Below, piece after piece: positions 52,583-64,000 of a stretch of DNA of 64,000 nucleotides (position 1 is the stretch's first letter; each line of letters begins with the position of its first letter). Origin of the DNA: Octopus sinensis (lineage: Eukaryota); NCBI RefSeq assembly GCF_006345805.1, contig NC_043001.1:32674001-32738000 (forward strand), read 5' to 3'. Below the pieces are notes generated by a model. The model ran no database searches, was not told where the DNA came from, and saw nothing but the letters and a program-made list of their open reading frames with translations. Position numbers and translations under genes: made by a program.

Positions 52583-53539
52583 TTAAAGAGCTACGAATAT
52601 ATTAATAAATATATATATATTTCCTGTTTTAAGATAGTGGGAATGTGGTCTGAAAGATATTCGAGATTTCAAACTTGGCCTTCCTCCTTGCCTCGGTTAT
52701 TTAGCAGGTATTTTGCTTGTGTGGTCTTTTGTTCCCGCCAAGTATCATTTCCTTCTATTTGTTTCAGTCACAGGATTGCAGCCATACTGGAGCATCGCCT
52801 TGAAAAGCTAAGTCGAACAACTCAACCCTAGTACTTCTTTTCGAAGTCTGGTTCTTAGTTTATCGTTTCCTTTGCCGAACCACTAGGTTACTGGGACAGA
52901 CAATCCGAGACCGATTGCCAAGCGGTCGGGGTGACAAATACAAAGGCGCACACGCATACACATATACAAAACCACTGAGCGAATAAGAAAGATTTTCATT
53001 TACATTATTGTAGTTATCGTTAGCAATGGTGAGTCATTCCACTCTAGCTTGACTACCACTCCTTATCATCTTATAGTTACTTTTTTTTTTTTCATTTTAG
53101 AACTGACTGTTGAGAGGGGAAAAGCCTGACCCCATACGCAATACAATGCCATTGTAAGGATATGAACTGGCGATATCGTTGTGAAATTGTCCGATAATCT
53201 ACCGACTCAGTTATCCGCCAGCCATACAAACAAAAATAGTGCTTGAATGGGAAAGATTTCAGCTTTACTGTAGTTGTTAGCAATGGTCACGCTGCTGTGA
53301 CAACGCCCCCTAAAATTTTTACACACACACACACACGCGCGCAAGCACACACACATACACACATATATATATATATTATTTTGGTCGAGTCGGTCTCTTA
53401 CTATACTGAGTTTTACCTGGGGTGATGAGATTTGTATATCAATCAAAACTGTAGCACAAACGGGAATGTGAAACTCTGAGTAGCAGTTTTTGTGATATTT
53501 TTGTGATGTTTCTGCAGCTTTAATAATAAGATATATCAA

Positions 53540-53929
53540 GGCGGTGAGCTGGCAGAAACCTTTGCACACCGGGCGAAATGCTTAGCGGCATTTCGTCTGT
53601 CTTTACGTTCTGAGTTCAAACTCCACCGAGGCCGACTTTGCCTTTCATCGTTTCGGGTCGATAAATTAAGTACCAGTTACGCACTGAGGTCGATATAATC
53701 GACTTAATCCGTTTGTCTTTCCTTGCTTGTTCTCTCTGTGTTTAGCCCCTTGTGGGTAGTAAAGAAATAGGCATTTCGTCTGTCTTTACGTTCTGAGTTC
53801 AAATTCCGCCGAGGCCGACTTTGCCTTTCATCTTTTCGGGTCGATAAATTAAGTACCAGTTACCTACTGGGTTAATCGTCTAGCGTCCCCCCCCCCCAAA
53901 TTTCGGGCCTTGTGCCTAGAGTAGAAAAG
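53540..53929 (+). mobile_element. SINE family B dimer (tail 1 then tail 2)
   Basis: TSD aataataagatatatcaa at 53522-53539 and 53930-53947. Confidence 0.95.
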
Positions 53930-54987
53930 AATAATAAGATATATCAATATGTATTTAGTTCTCTTGTCATAGAGTGTTGTGGCGCAGAAAAAAATAAGAT
54001 AAAAGGAAAATATAAGACGAATCAAAACAAGAAAAAGAAGGGAACAAAATAATAAAAAAAAACAAGCAAAGAAAAAAGAGGGACAAAGAATTGGAAATCT
54101 GTCTGTGGAAGATTAGAAAGCTTATCCACGGACGCAACACATCGCCATTGAAAGGATATGAACTAGCAACGTCGTAGCGCTATTGTCCGATAATCTATCG
54201 ACTTGGCTGTCTACTAGTCATACAACTTGAGATATAGCTATACATCCTTTTTCATCTTTAGAAGATCATTCCATAAGTATCTCATAACGCCAAGTCGTAA
54301 ATTTCATGGCTCTTTTCCCAAAGCAATTGAATACAAGGAATTGTTTATCTATCGTTTGATCTATCTTGTTTTCAGATTGACAACTATTTCCTGAAAGTAT
54401 GCTTGACATAGATTTATATCTGGCAAATCGGAACCTGCAATCAATTGAATGGACTCTTTTTTCTTTTCTTTTTCAAACAATGCATTGTCCGGGTTTTGTT
54501 TACTGAAGAAGAGAATCGTTGTTAGGCATCAGTCCATTTTAGCATTAAATATTTTTGTTTTTTAAATATAAATGTGGGAATAAAATAAAAAGTCAGTACT
54601 GACGACATTTCGTCCTTGCTACGCATCAACCTGAACGAGCGCACACAGATCTATTTTACACGGATACCTGCACACAATTGCACACACACACCACACACAC
54701 ACACCCACACATAAAGACACGGCTATAATTAAAGTAAATCATACTCCAACTGAAATATATACTCAAATTATAGCGTAAGCGTCTCAGCACTGCACGGACA
54801 CATGAGTCCTTAACATAATCCCGCGTAAAAGAATTACGTGTGTGCAAAGTATGGCTATTTGAATTACAGGTCCAAACCGGGCAGAAGACACTACCTTGGT
54901 CCGGGATTTCATCGTTGCAAAGTGAACATTTCAACCATTTGGTCATACTTCCCACCCATGTTTACACGCACACGCACATACACACAT

Positions 54988-55315
<328 letters not shown>

Positions 55316-55846
55316 GAAGTTAAAAGTTGTGACCCGTCATAGAGTGATTATTGGTATAGCAATATAGGCGACTCGTCAGACTCAAATGGCTGAAGGTGCG
55401 TAACCAGTCTACAACAAGAAAAAGAAATGTGTAACGGTTAATAGGTTTGTAAATGAAAAATAAACATCCGTGATGCATGCAGCACGGGGTTTTCCCCTCA
55501 CAACGGCTCCAACCGTGGTCATATTCGAAGGAATTGCAGAGGGTCACTCAACGAATGGGTAATTCCAAGTTTGCTGTAGGAAACTTTTTAGCATTGAGTG
55601 AATATCTCTTTTCTGGAGTTTAAAAAAAGTCCCTAGGCTGAGCGAGTCATTTTAGAGTTCTTACCTTCTCTACCAAGCAAAGTTTACATCGTTTTTTTTC
55701 GTTTATATAAGTCCCCGGTTGTTCAAGGAGCTTCCATTTAATTATATATGGGTTTCCTTCCTCTTTTAAGCACCGTACGTGGCTTTCAGGTACGTGATAT
55801 TGTGCACATATACACATATATATATGTGCGCGCGCACGTGTGTGTA

Positions 55847-56145
55847 GTGAAGGCGCGTAGTTTAGTGGTTAGGACGCTTGACCCACGACCGTAAGGTCAT
55901 GAGCTCGATCCCCAAGAGCGCGTTGTGACCTTGAACAAGTCACTTTATTTCACGTTGCTTCATCTGGAAAAAAAAATGAGTAATAACTGTATTTGAAAGG
56001 GCCAGATTTGTCACAATATGTGCCACGCTAAATCTCCTTGGGAACTACGTAAAGGATACGCCTGTCTCTGGAGTACTCAACCACTTGCACCTTACATACA
56101 CGAGCAGGCTGCCAACTGGAATCCCAATCGGCGTAACTGACAGAA
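55847..56145 (+). mobile_element. SINE with an E-type head and a C-type 3' body
   Basis: Head like 313; body gtatttgaaagggccag...cacgagcaggctg like family C. Confidence 0.8.
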
Positions 56146-56149
56146 TACC

Positions 56150-56342
56150 AGTGTGTGTGCGTATGTGTGTGTGTGTATGTATATATTTATATGTATATAC
56201 ATACATACATGCATACATAGACACATACATATATATATATATACACACACACACAAGTGTATATATATATATATACACACACAAGTGTATATATATATAT
56301 ATATATACACACAAGTGTGTATATATATATATACACACACAA

Positions 56343-56403
<61 letters not shown>

Positions 56404-56439
56404 AGGAAATGCAGATAGAGATAAATAGACAGACAGACT

Positions 56440-56522
<83 letters not shown>

Positions 56523-56525
56523 GGA
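56150..56525. repeat. Compound micro/minisatellite (TA-CA-caagtgt units, GA, GATA)
   Basis: Direct reading. Confidence 0.93.
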
Positions 56526-56860
56526 TGGAAAACATCTGACATGCGTTATCAGACTAACAAATATAGTTCCTGGTTTTTCAAACAAAACCAATTGTAATAT
56601 TTCCATAGGGGATGCATATATAATGAACAGAGAAACAGTGTAAAGAGGTGAGGGAGAGATAAAGGGAGAATGATAGATTAATTGGATTGTAGATACAATA
56701 ACAGGGTCTATTGTATGATATCTCTTCATTTTCTAAATCCAGGCGTTGACTTTTAGCCTGGGAGCAATTAAATGTATATCAAATATTAGTGTATGCATAA
56801 TCAAGTGTAACTTTCGTTCAAAATGTGTAACGTGATAAATTATTATTTTTATTATCATCA

Positions 56861-56904
<44 letters not shown>

Positions 56905-57454
56905 GAGTGAGAGAGCAGTGCATGCCATCAAAGTGACACTGGAGTAAAATATACGAAGCCTAGCATACCCATCATGACTACCCGTCTGATAAGGGTACAC
57001 AAGCTACATGCATCACAACCATATGTGCATGACATGGTGATCTCATATCAAGATAAACAGTGCATGATCTTGTAGGTGGGGGCCAGTTAGAATTTTCTTC
57101 TGGTCGAGTAGCCCATCCCGCACCAAAGGTTCCTGAATAAGGATTGTTTAAGGATGTTGAACGAACCATCCATGTTTCCAAAGGTGAATTATCCAAACCT
57201 CTAAGAATTCCTTTCAACACATGGCTATGATGCTCCCCCACTACTTCTGCTCGTGACCAGAGATGCACATAGCGTCAGCCACTAAGGGACATGCTCAACT
57301 GGTTAAGATCAAACAACTGACAAGTAAATCTGTGGTATTGAGCAGAATATTTGCCGTAGCCCATCTTTTATACCAAGACAAAGCAATGTACATGATAACA
57401 CTTCCAATCAGTTAAGATCAGAAGCCACGAGAGCCACTGCCTGGTACTGCATCA
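56905..57454 (-). mobile_element. (AAT)n-embedded element, family D
   Basis: Reverse complement of 4742-5296; ATT/ATC tracts on both sides. Confidence 0.9.
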
Positions 57455-57474
57455 TTATCATCATCATCATCATC

Positions 57475-57515
<41 letters not shown>

Positions 57516-58730
57516 AAGACTGAGCAGGCAGAATCATTAACATGTCGTACAAGATACTGAACGGCTTTTCTTCCGGCTCTTTACGTTCAGTGGTCAAATT
57601 TGCTTTTGATTTACACAGAGGCCAACTTTGTATTTCATCCCTTCAGGGCCGATAACACTAAGTACCAGTCGTGTACTGGGGTCGAGGTAATCGACTTGCC
57701 CTTTCACCCAGAAAATTTCTGGTTTTGGACCAAAATTTGAAAGCCCTGTGGCGCTGAGCCTGGTAGAATTATTAGAGTGTCGAGAAAATATTTTTCGGAA
57801 TTTCTCCCGACTCGTTATATTCCATAGTACAAATTCCGCGAAAGTTGACTTAGTTTGTCATATTTTTGGGGTGAATAAAATAACTACATGTCAAGTACTG
57901 TGGTCAATGCTTTCGCCTAAACCCCATCTCTTAAAACTTTAGGCCTTTTGCTGAAAGTTATCTTAGACAAAAAAAAAAAAAATCGGTAGTGTAGCGGATA
58001 AAATATCTTTTAATATTTGATCTTTTGCCCTCAGATTGCGTCGACACCTTAACTATCTTCAGTTTTTGATTGTTAACTGTTAATATCAGTGAGGTACTGG
58101 CACCAAACTAGTCGAGAATGCTTTTCCAAAACCGGGAGAGTTAGCCACAATTCTTCATGTTAAAAAGTATTCTTAGAAAGGCTTAGCTACCTGCTAGTGA
58201 GTGGATGGTATGGCATCATGGATGCATGCTGGGAGTTCCATCTGTCTATAGATACTGACTGCAATCCCTGAATCCACCATTATGGATTTGAGCCAACAGA
58301 ATCTTGCCCTACAGTTCGCACCTAGAGAATTTATTAAGTCATTGCGGTGGCTAGGCACAGTTTCAGTTGCCCAGTCATAGAAACCACAAGTTCCTGCTCT
58401 ACCAATTTAGAAAGAACACATAGAGAGTCGTTAGTTATTGGATGTTAAACGCGTCATTTCCAACGCGGAATAGTAAACGATTAAGCTGGAGTTGACAAGG
58501 TGATCATCAATCATAAGTGGTGCATTCCTTTGAAGAGAACTATTGGATTAGAACAGATAGGGTTTAGCAAAAGAAGTTGTAATAGGGAAGATTAGCTTAG
58601 AGGAGAGCTAGTTAACAATTTTAAAAAGGGCTATTAGAAAATACATCACAAGTAAGTTACTTGAGGTAAAAATTAGAGCGCTCCTATCACCTTTTTCAGT
58701 GCAGATGATGCTTATATTTACAAGACTATA

Positions 58731-59144
58731 GGCAGCGAGCTGGCAGAAACGTTAGCGCGCCGGGCGAAATGCATTGCGGTATTTCGTCTGTCGTTACGTT
58801 CTGAGTTCAAATTACGCCGAGGTTGATATTGCCTTTCATCCTTTCGGGGTCGATAAATTAAGTACCAGTTACGCACTGGGGTCGATGCAATCGACTTACT
58901 CCCTTTGTCTGTCCTTGTTTGTCCTCTCTGTGTTTAGCCCTTGTGGGTAGTAAAGAAATAGGTATTTCGTCTGCCGTTACGTTCTGAGTTCAAATTCCGC
59001 CGAGGTTGACTTTGCCTTTCATCCTTTCGGGGTCGATAAATTAAGTACCAGTTACGCACTGGGGTCGATGTAATCGACTTAATCCCTTTGTCTACCCTTG
59101 TTTGTCCCCTCTGTGTTTAGATCCTTGTGGGCAATAAAGAAATA
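58731..59144 (+). mobile_element. SINE family B dimer
   Basis: TSD tatatttacaagactata at 58713-58730 and 59145-59162. Confidence 0.95.
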
Positions 59145-60234
59145 TATATTTACAAGACTATAATGTGAGCTTTTGGAACGAGTATCTGCTATTTGATTTC
59201 ATTCATATGTATTCAAATTTCTAATGAATTTTGCTCAATTGTTTGGTGGGTAATTGTATACTAGAAAACTTTCTTTACAATGCCGACGGCTTGCAGTTGC
59301 TAACGGCAGCAGTTTGGTGTTGCGATAAGCCAGTAATGACGTTTGAGATACATTACTGGTGAATGGTTGTGCGAGACGAACGTCACTTCGATCGGTTGGT
59401 TTGACTTATGAATTTTATTCATTACATGCCAATATATAAAGTACAGTATTATCACAGAGCTATAGTAACTGAAAGCAAATTGGGGGACAGACCAGCAACC
59501 CTGGATCTGGCATAGACGAAAGTTTGGAATCTGGCATCTGGAAGGTTATCGGAAGGTCGTAGTTCATAGCGTTACATTTGCTGGTCTGGTGCGTCAACCT
59601 TTCCATCTTATAGAATGGTTGTGAATGATGAAAGTGAAGGAATTATCTAGAAATGTCTACGTGTGAACGAAGATCAACAAAGAAGTCTATTCTAGTTATA
59701 TATCAAGACCATCGTAAGGATTATCCCGACGGGACCTCGCCTTTGGTCATGAAGAGCCGTTCTTCTTATTTGGTAGTGATGAACTAGATTAAGAAGCGAT
59801 TAAGAACAAAACTTCGGCAATGTTTTCATCAACTTCATTAGGTTCCCCTGAATGCTGCCGAGAGAAAGGTGATAGGGGAGTTTTAGATGTTCTTCTGTAA
59901 TTACTTTAAATGTTGGTGTAATGAAGAACATATCCAGTATGTCCTCTATGTCCAAAACGGCAGCTCAAAAGTGCTTTTATTATTAAGATAATCTGAGATC
60001 AGTGGTTTTCGTAGATGGGTTTTGGGTAGCAACCATCATTTTGTGAAGTTTGCTAGTCCTTTTCCGTAATGCTTTTGATTTGCAGCCCTAATGTTCATAC
60101 TGTTTAGTACAACTCAAACCGCTTTCTTAATATGTCTCCCTAATATCTCCTGAACCCATAAACTGTGTGACAATAGAAACTTATTCATATCATTTACATA
60201 ACTTCACCTTTGCTAAAGAAAAGTAAAATTATGC

Positions 60235-60622
60235 TGGAGTGGCTATGCGGTAAGTAGCTTGCTTGCCAGCCACATGCGTGGCACCTTGGGTAAGAGTCTT
60301 CTACTATAGCCTCGAGCCGACTAATGTCTTGTGAGTAGATTTGGTAGACGGAAACTGAAAGAAGCCCATCGTATATATGTATATGTGTATATATATATGT
60401 GTGTGTGTGTGTTTGTGTGTCTGTGTTTGTCCCCTCAATATCGCTTGACAACCGATGCTGGTATGTTTACGTCCCCGTAGCATAGCGGTTAGGCAAAAGA
60501 GATCGATAGAATATGTACTAGGCTTACACAGAATACGTCTTGGGGTCGATTTGCTCGACTAAAGGCGGTGCTCTAGCATGGCCGCAGTCAAATGACTGAA
60601 ACAAGTAAAAGAGTAAAAGAGT
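60235..60622 (+). mobile_element. SINE family A
   Basis: Head with a deletion, centre and tail match family A. Confidence 0.9.
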
Positions 60623-63274
60623 AATTATAAAACCAAGTAGTATTTATAATTGCCCAATTCTCTTGTTTTTCGTCTTTGTAATGGTAACATAAGTATCAAT
60701 CACCCATCTTCTCTTGTCTTGTTTCATCTCCATCCAGTTTTACTTTGAACTACTCAACTATATCATTTCAATGCTTGCAACCTCTGCATTTTTTTTTTTA
60801 GATGTTACTCGTATCCGTTTATTATTTGGTTATTGCTTTTATATTATTCTTACACTTCTTACTGCTTTTATCACCTTTACTGTAACCATTGCTGTTTTAA
60901 GTGTCTTCTGACTAGTAACAAAATCAACAGTAACATTTCGAAACTGGTTACACTAGGTGTTATGCAACAAGATTTTAGTTAGAAGATATTTTGAAACTTT
61001 GAAGTGTTTTTTTTTGAGATTATTTGCATTTATTTTGTATTAGTATTTTCATAGTCTAACCATTTATATATACGTGTGTGTGTATGTGTGTGCGTATGAT
61101 GATAAGAAAAATAAGATTAATTCTTTCAATGCCGCAAGAAACATGGTGGAATTATAAGCTATTTTTATGAGTTGTTTTCCAAGAGTCTCTGTAGCAGTTC
61201 TGTAAATTCAATTGATGGCGTTATGCTATTTATTTCTTCTGTTTTCTTTTTCTTGTTTTTTTTTTTATCTTATCTTCGAGAAATAATTTTCCGGATAAAG
61301 TGTCAAATATTGGAAGCGTAGAATTGCTTATAGATTTCCCAATAATCCTATTTGTTATCGTTTACGGATTTCTTCTTCTTACATAGAATCATTGAAGAAT
61401 TCATTCATTTATTTATTTTTGCAAGGAAAAGTAATATAAAAAGCAAAAATTAAGACAGAAAAAATACCTAGACAAAATTGTGATAAACGCAAGATCGATT
61501 TGAATTTTATATTAGCGTGAATTATTTTTCAGTCTCAGGAAGGAAGATCTCTTTTACCGTATTAAAAGTAATTCATATGATTGTTGTTGATGTTGTCGCT
61601 ATTGTCATCGTCGTTAGTTGTTATTTAACCTTAGATTATCTCAATCAGACTTACGTATAATCAGAGCTATTTCAGTCGGGGCTTACCCGGTTATCTAGGT
61701 CTACATTATACACTGTGTTCTATGATGTGATTTTAGGGGGGGGGGTGGCAGTTATTTCTAGCAAGTCAAATGACCGCTAATGAATTTATCCTCAGTTCAA
61801 AGCAGACACTGTAATCAGGTTAATTCTCTCTGTATAAAAAGTAAAATAGAATAGAATAAAAGTTAAAGCGCATCAGGTGTGTGCTTTGACATAAAAAAAA
61901 AAAACGTTCATTGCCTCTAATTCTCGTGATAAATATATTCTTGAAATATCATTTATCTTCATCTATTTAAAATAGTCTTTATTTATAATTATCTCCAACG
62001 AAGACTCTTAGATGGGAAGGAGCTGCCTTTACACTTCGATTTAATAAAGTACTAGCATCATTATAATGTTTCAAACTAAATTGGTAAATACGCTGAATGC
62101 TATTCAGGTCAATAACCGATCAAATATAATGGGAAAATGAATAACACAGAACTTGGTAAGCGACAACTATAATGGCTTTTAATTTAGGGACAAGATCAGC
62201 AATTTTTTAGGAGGATGCTTTAATTGATTCTATCGCTCCTTATATTTGACTGGTACTGTATTTTAGTAACCCCAGAGGGCAGAAAAAGTAAGGTCAGCCT
62301 TGAAAGGGTTTGAACTGACATTGATCATTACCATGTAAATAGCCGAAACAAATTTCGTAAAGTAATTTATTGGACGCTCTAATGATTTTATGATTTGTCG
62401 TCTTACAAATGGCAGCTATAATTATGCACAGCATTAGTTAACCAAGTAGTATTTATAATTTCGATTTTCTTTAAAGCATTTAAAATTGTTTTAATATAGT
62501 TTTTTAAAGAAAAGCATTGTTCTATAATTTAGTAGTAACACCGCGTTCTTGAAACTGCAACATAAAGTTACCGATGCCTAAATAGTGACCGATAATAAAG
62601 TCACAGGAAAGAAGTCACAATTAATTAATGGGATCCGGACAAAACCCCACTAGGACAAAATACCCCTCAGACAAACCCCATTGGACCCTCCAAACGGGAA
62701 AACCTCTATAACTTATTTTATCTGTGACTTTTTTTTAACTGGATTCATCTAAATACCCACTAGATTAATTGCATGGATATTCTTGAATGATATGGTTAAT
62801 GAGTTTTAGTTATTGAACCTCAGACTTACTGGGGTACTTCCTTTAAGAGATTCATGTACTTAAGCTCTTAACAATCTTATATGAGACAAACTTCAAATTC
62901 AGTTGAGTACGAATGTTGAAAAATGACATGGAACTTAATACATAAAGTAATTTTATCCATCGTACGTTGTATATTATGCATATGTGGCCTGCTTCAACAC
63001 CGATTCTATTCAAATTTTACTCTCAAAACGTTGATCAATCCAATGTGAGAAAAAAAGCAAGCCCAAGCTGCTACGCAATGGAATCGAACCAACGTGGTTG
63101 CGAGGAGAGATTCTTAAACACTCAGCAATAATGATTTTCATGTTAATCGAAAATGCTCATACGAAATTAATCCTTCTATCATAGGTACGAAGCTTGAAAT
63201 TAAAGTAACAGGTACGCTATTTTACTGCCCTCGGAGGGGGTAAAGGAAGAGTTTAATATGGCACCATTATAACT

Positions 63275-63308
<34 letters not shown>

Positions 63309-63322
63309 ATATATACATACAT

Positions 63323-63356
<34 letters not shown>

Positions 63357-63367
63357 CTATATATATA

Positions 63368-64000
63368 TCAGTCGGTTCCAGCTCGTATTCGAGCATTGGG
63401 TTCGTCAGTCTCTATCTAGTCTCCTCGGCAGATGCTTGTGCCGAATGTGACTTTGGAGTCCAAGTCGATGGTGAAAGAGTCGTGAGCACAATTTGCACAG
63501 GATGGTCAGTGCGGGTCGAGGATGTTGAAGGCGTTATTTTCTTCTCCTGCGTTTTACCTCGTCACTCTGTTGTCTATTCTTTGTCGGTCATCTGCGGTCT
63601 GGCTCGGGGTGGCATTGTCGTCGGCATACTGCATCTCACAGACTGAGACGGTGGAGGTCCTCGTCTTTGCGCGAAGACGTGCGAGATTAAAGAGTCCGCC
63701 ATCCAAGCGATAGCGTATGTTGATGGAAGGCCAGTCTAGTGGGATTTCGTTGAACATGGCAGCGCTCGAATACCTTGTTGAACTCATGGAGCCAGGGCGG
63801 CAGGGACACCCAGTGGCGGATGGAGAGCAGTGGGGTGTTTTGGAGGAGATCGTCAGGAGTGTGTGAGTGGTCGTTGAGTAGGCTCTCGAAATGGTACTTC
63901 CAGCGATTGAGGATTCCTTCGGTGTCGGTTATCGTAAAGCCAGCTGTGTTCTTCAGGCCACCCACTGATGACCTTGTGGGCCTGAAGATCTCCTTGGTTG
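63368..64000 (-). pseudogene. RTE/BovB-like LINE fragment, internally deleted, running off the window
   Basis: EGILNRWKYHFESLLN and IRYRLDGGLFNLARLRAKTRT...EMQYADDNA are RTE RT motifs. Confidence 0.88.

Noticed and set aside
53130-54225. Diverged ~100-bp duplicated blocks (53130-53230, 54127-54225) whose minus strand reads DIASSYPY / DVASSYPF, like PolB motif A
   Set aside because: Nearby in-frame stops, no other polymerase motifs and no splice support; more likely an old repeat or local duplication.

Overview
AT-rich, repeat-saturated animal DNA, most likely intronic or intergenic. The SINE repertoire and microsatellite density suggest an octopod cephalopod (inferred from recalled repeat families, not a database match). 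I found no intact protein-coding gene: almost all listed ORFs are read-through of microsatellites, SINEs or decayed retroelements. The window holds (i) dozens of tRNA-derived SINEs in at least 3 main families, here A, B (MetaSINE-like, often concatemeric) and C (Arg-tRNA-like); (ii) decayed LINE fragments (Tx1/L1-like, RTE, CR1-like, R4/Dong-like REL); (iii) mariner remnants and TTAA-flanked piggyBac-like MITEs; (iv) a decayed Penelope-like element (RT plus GIY-YIG) and many short Penelope-type terminal fragments. The most notable signal is a set of minimal type-I hammerhead ribozyme motifs from several unrelated repeat families, mostly beside (TA)n tracts. Three sit in inverted-repeat (fold-back) cassettes, including an apparently perfect 325-bp palindrome carrying a complete hammerhead on each strand (23334-23658). 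Secondary signals are SINE-B concatemers built from two stereotyped junctions, a SINE-B tail resembling a Tx1-like LINE 3' end, several elements found only within (AAT)n tracts, and two phase-compatible candidate + strand exons. Boundaries were read by eye and are approximate.
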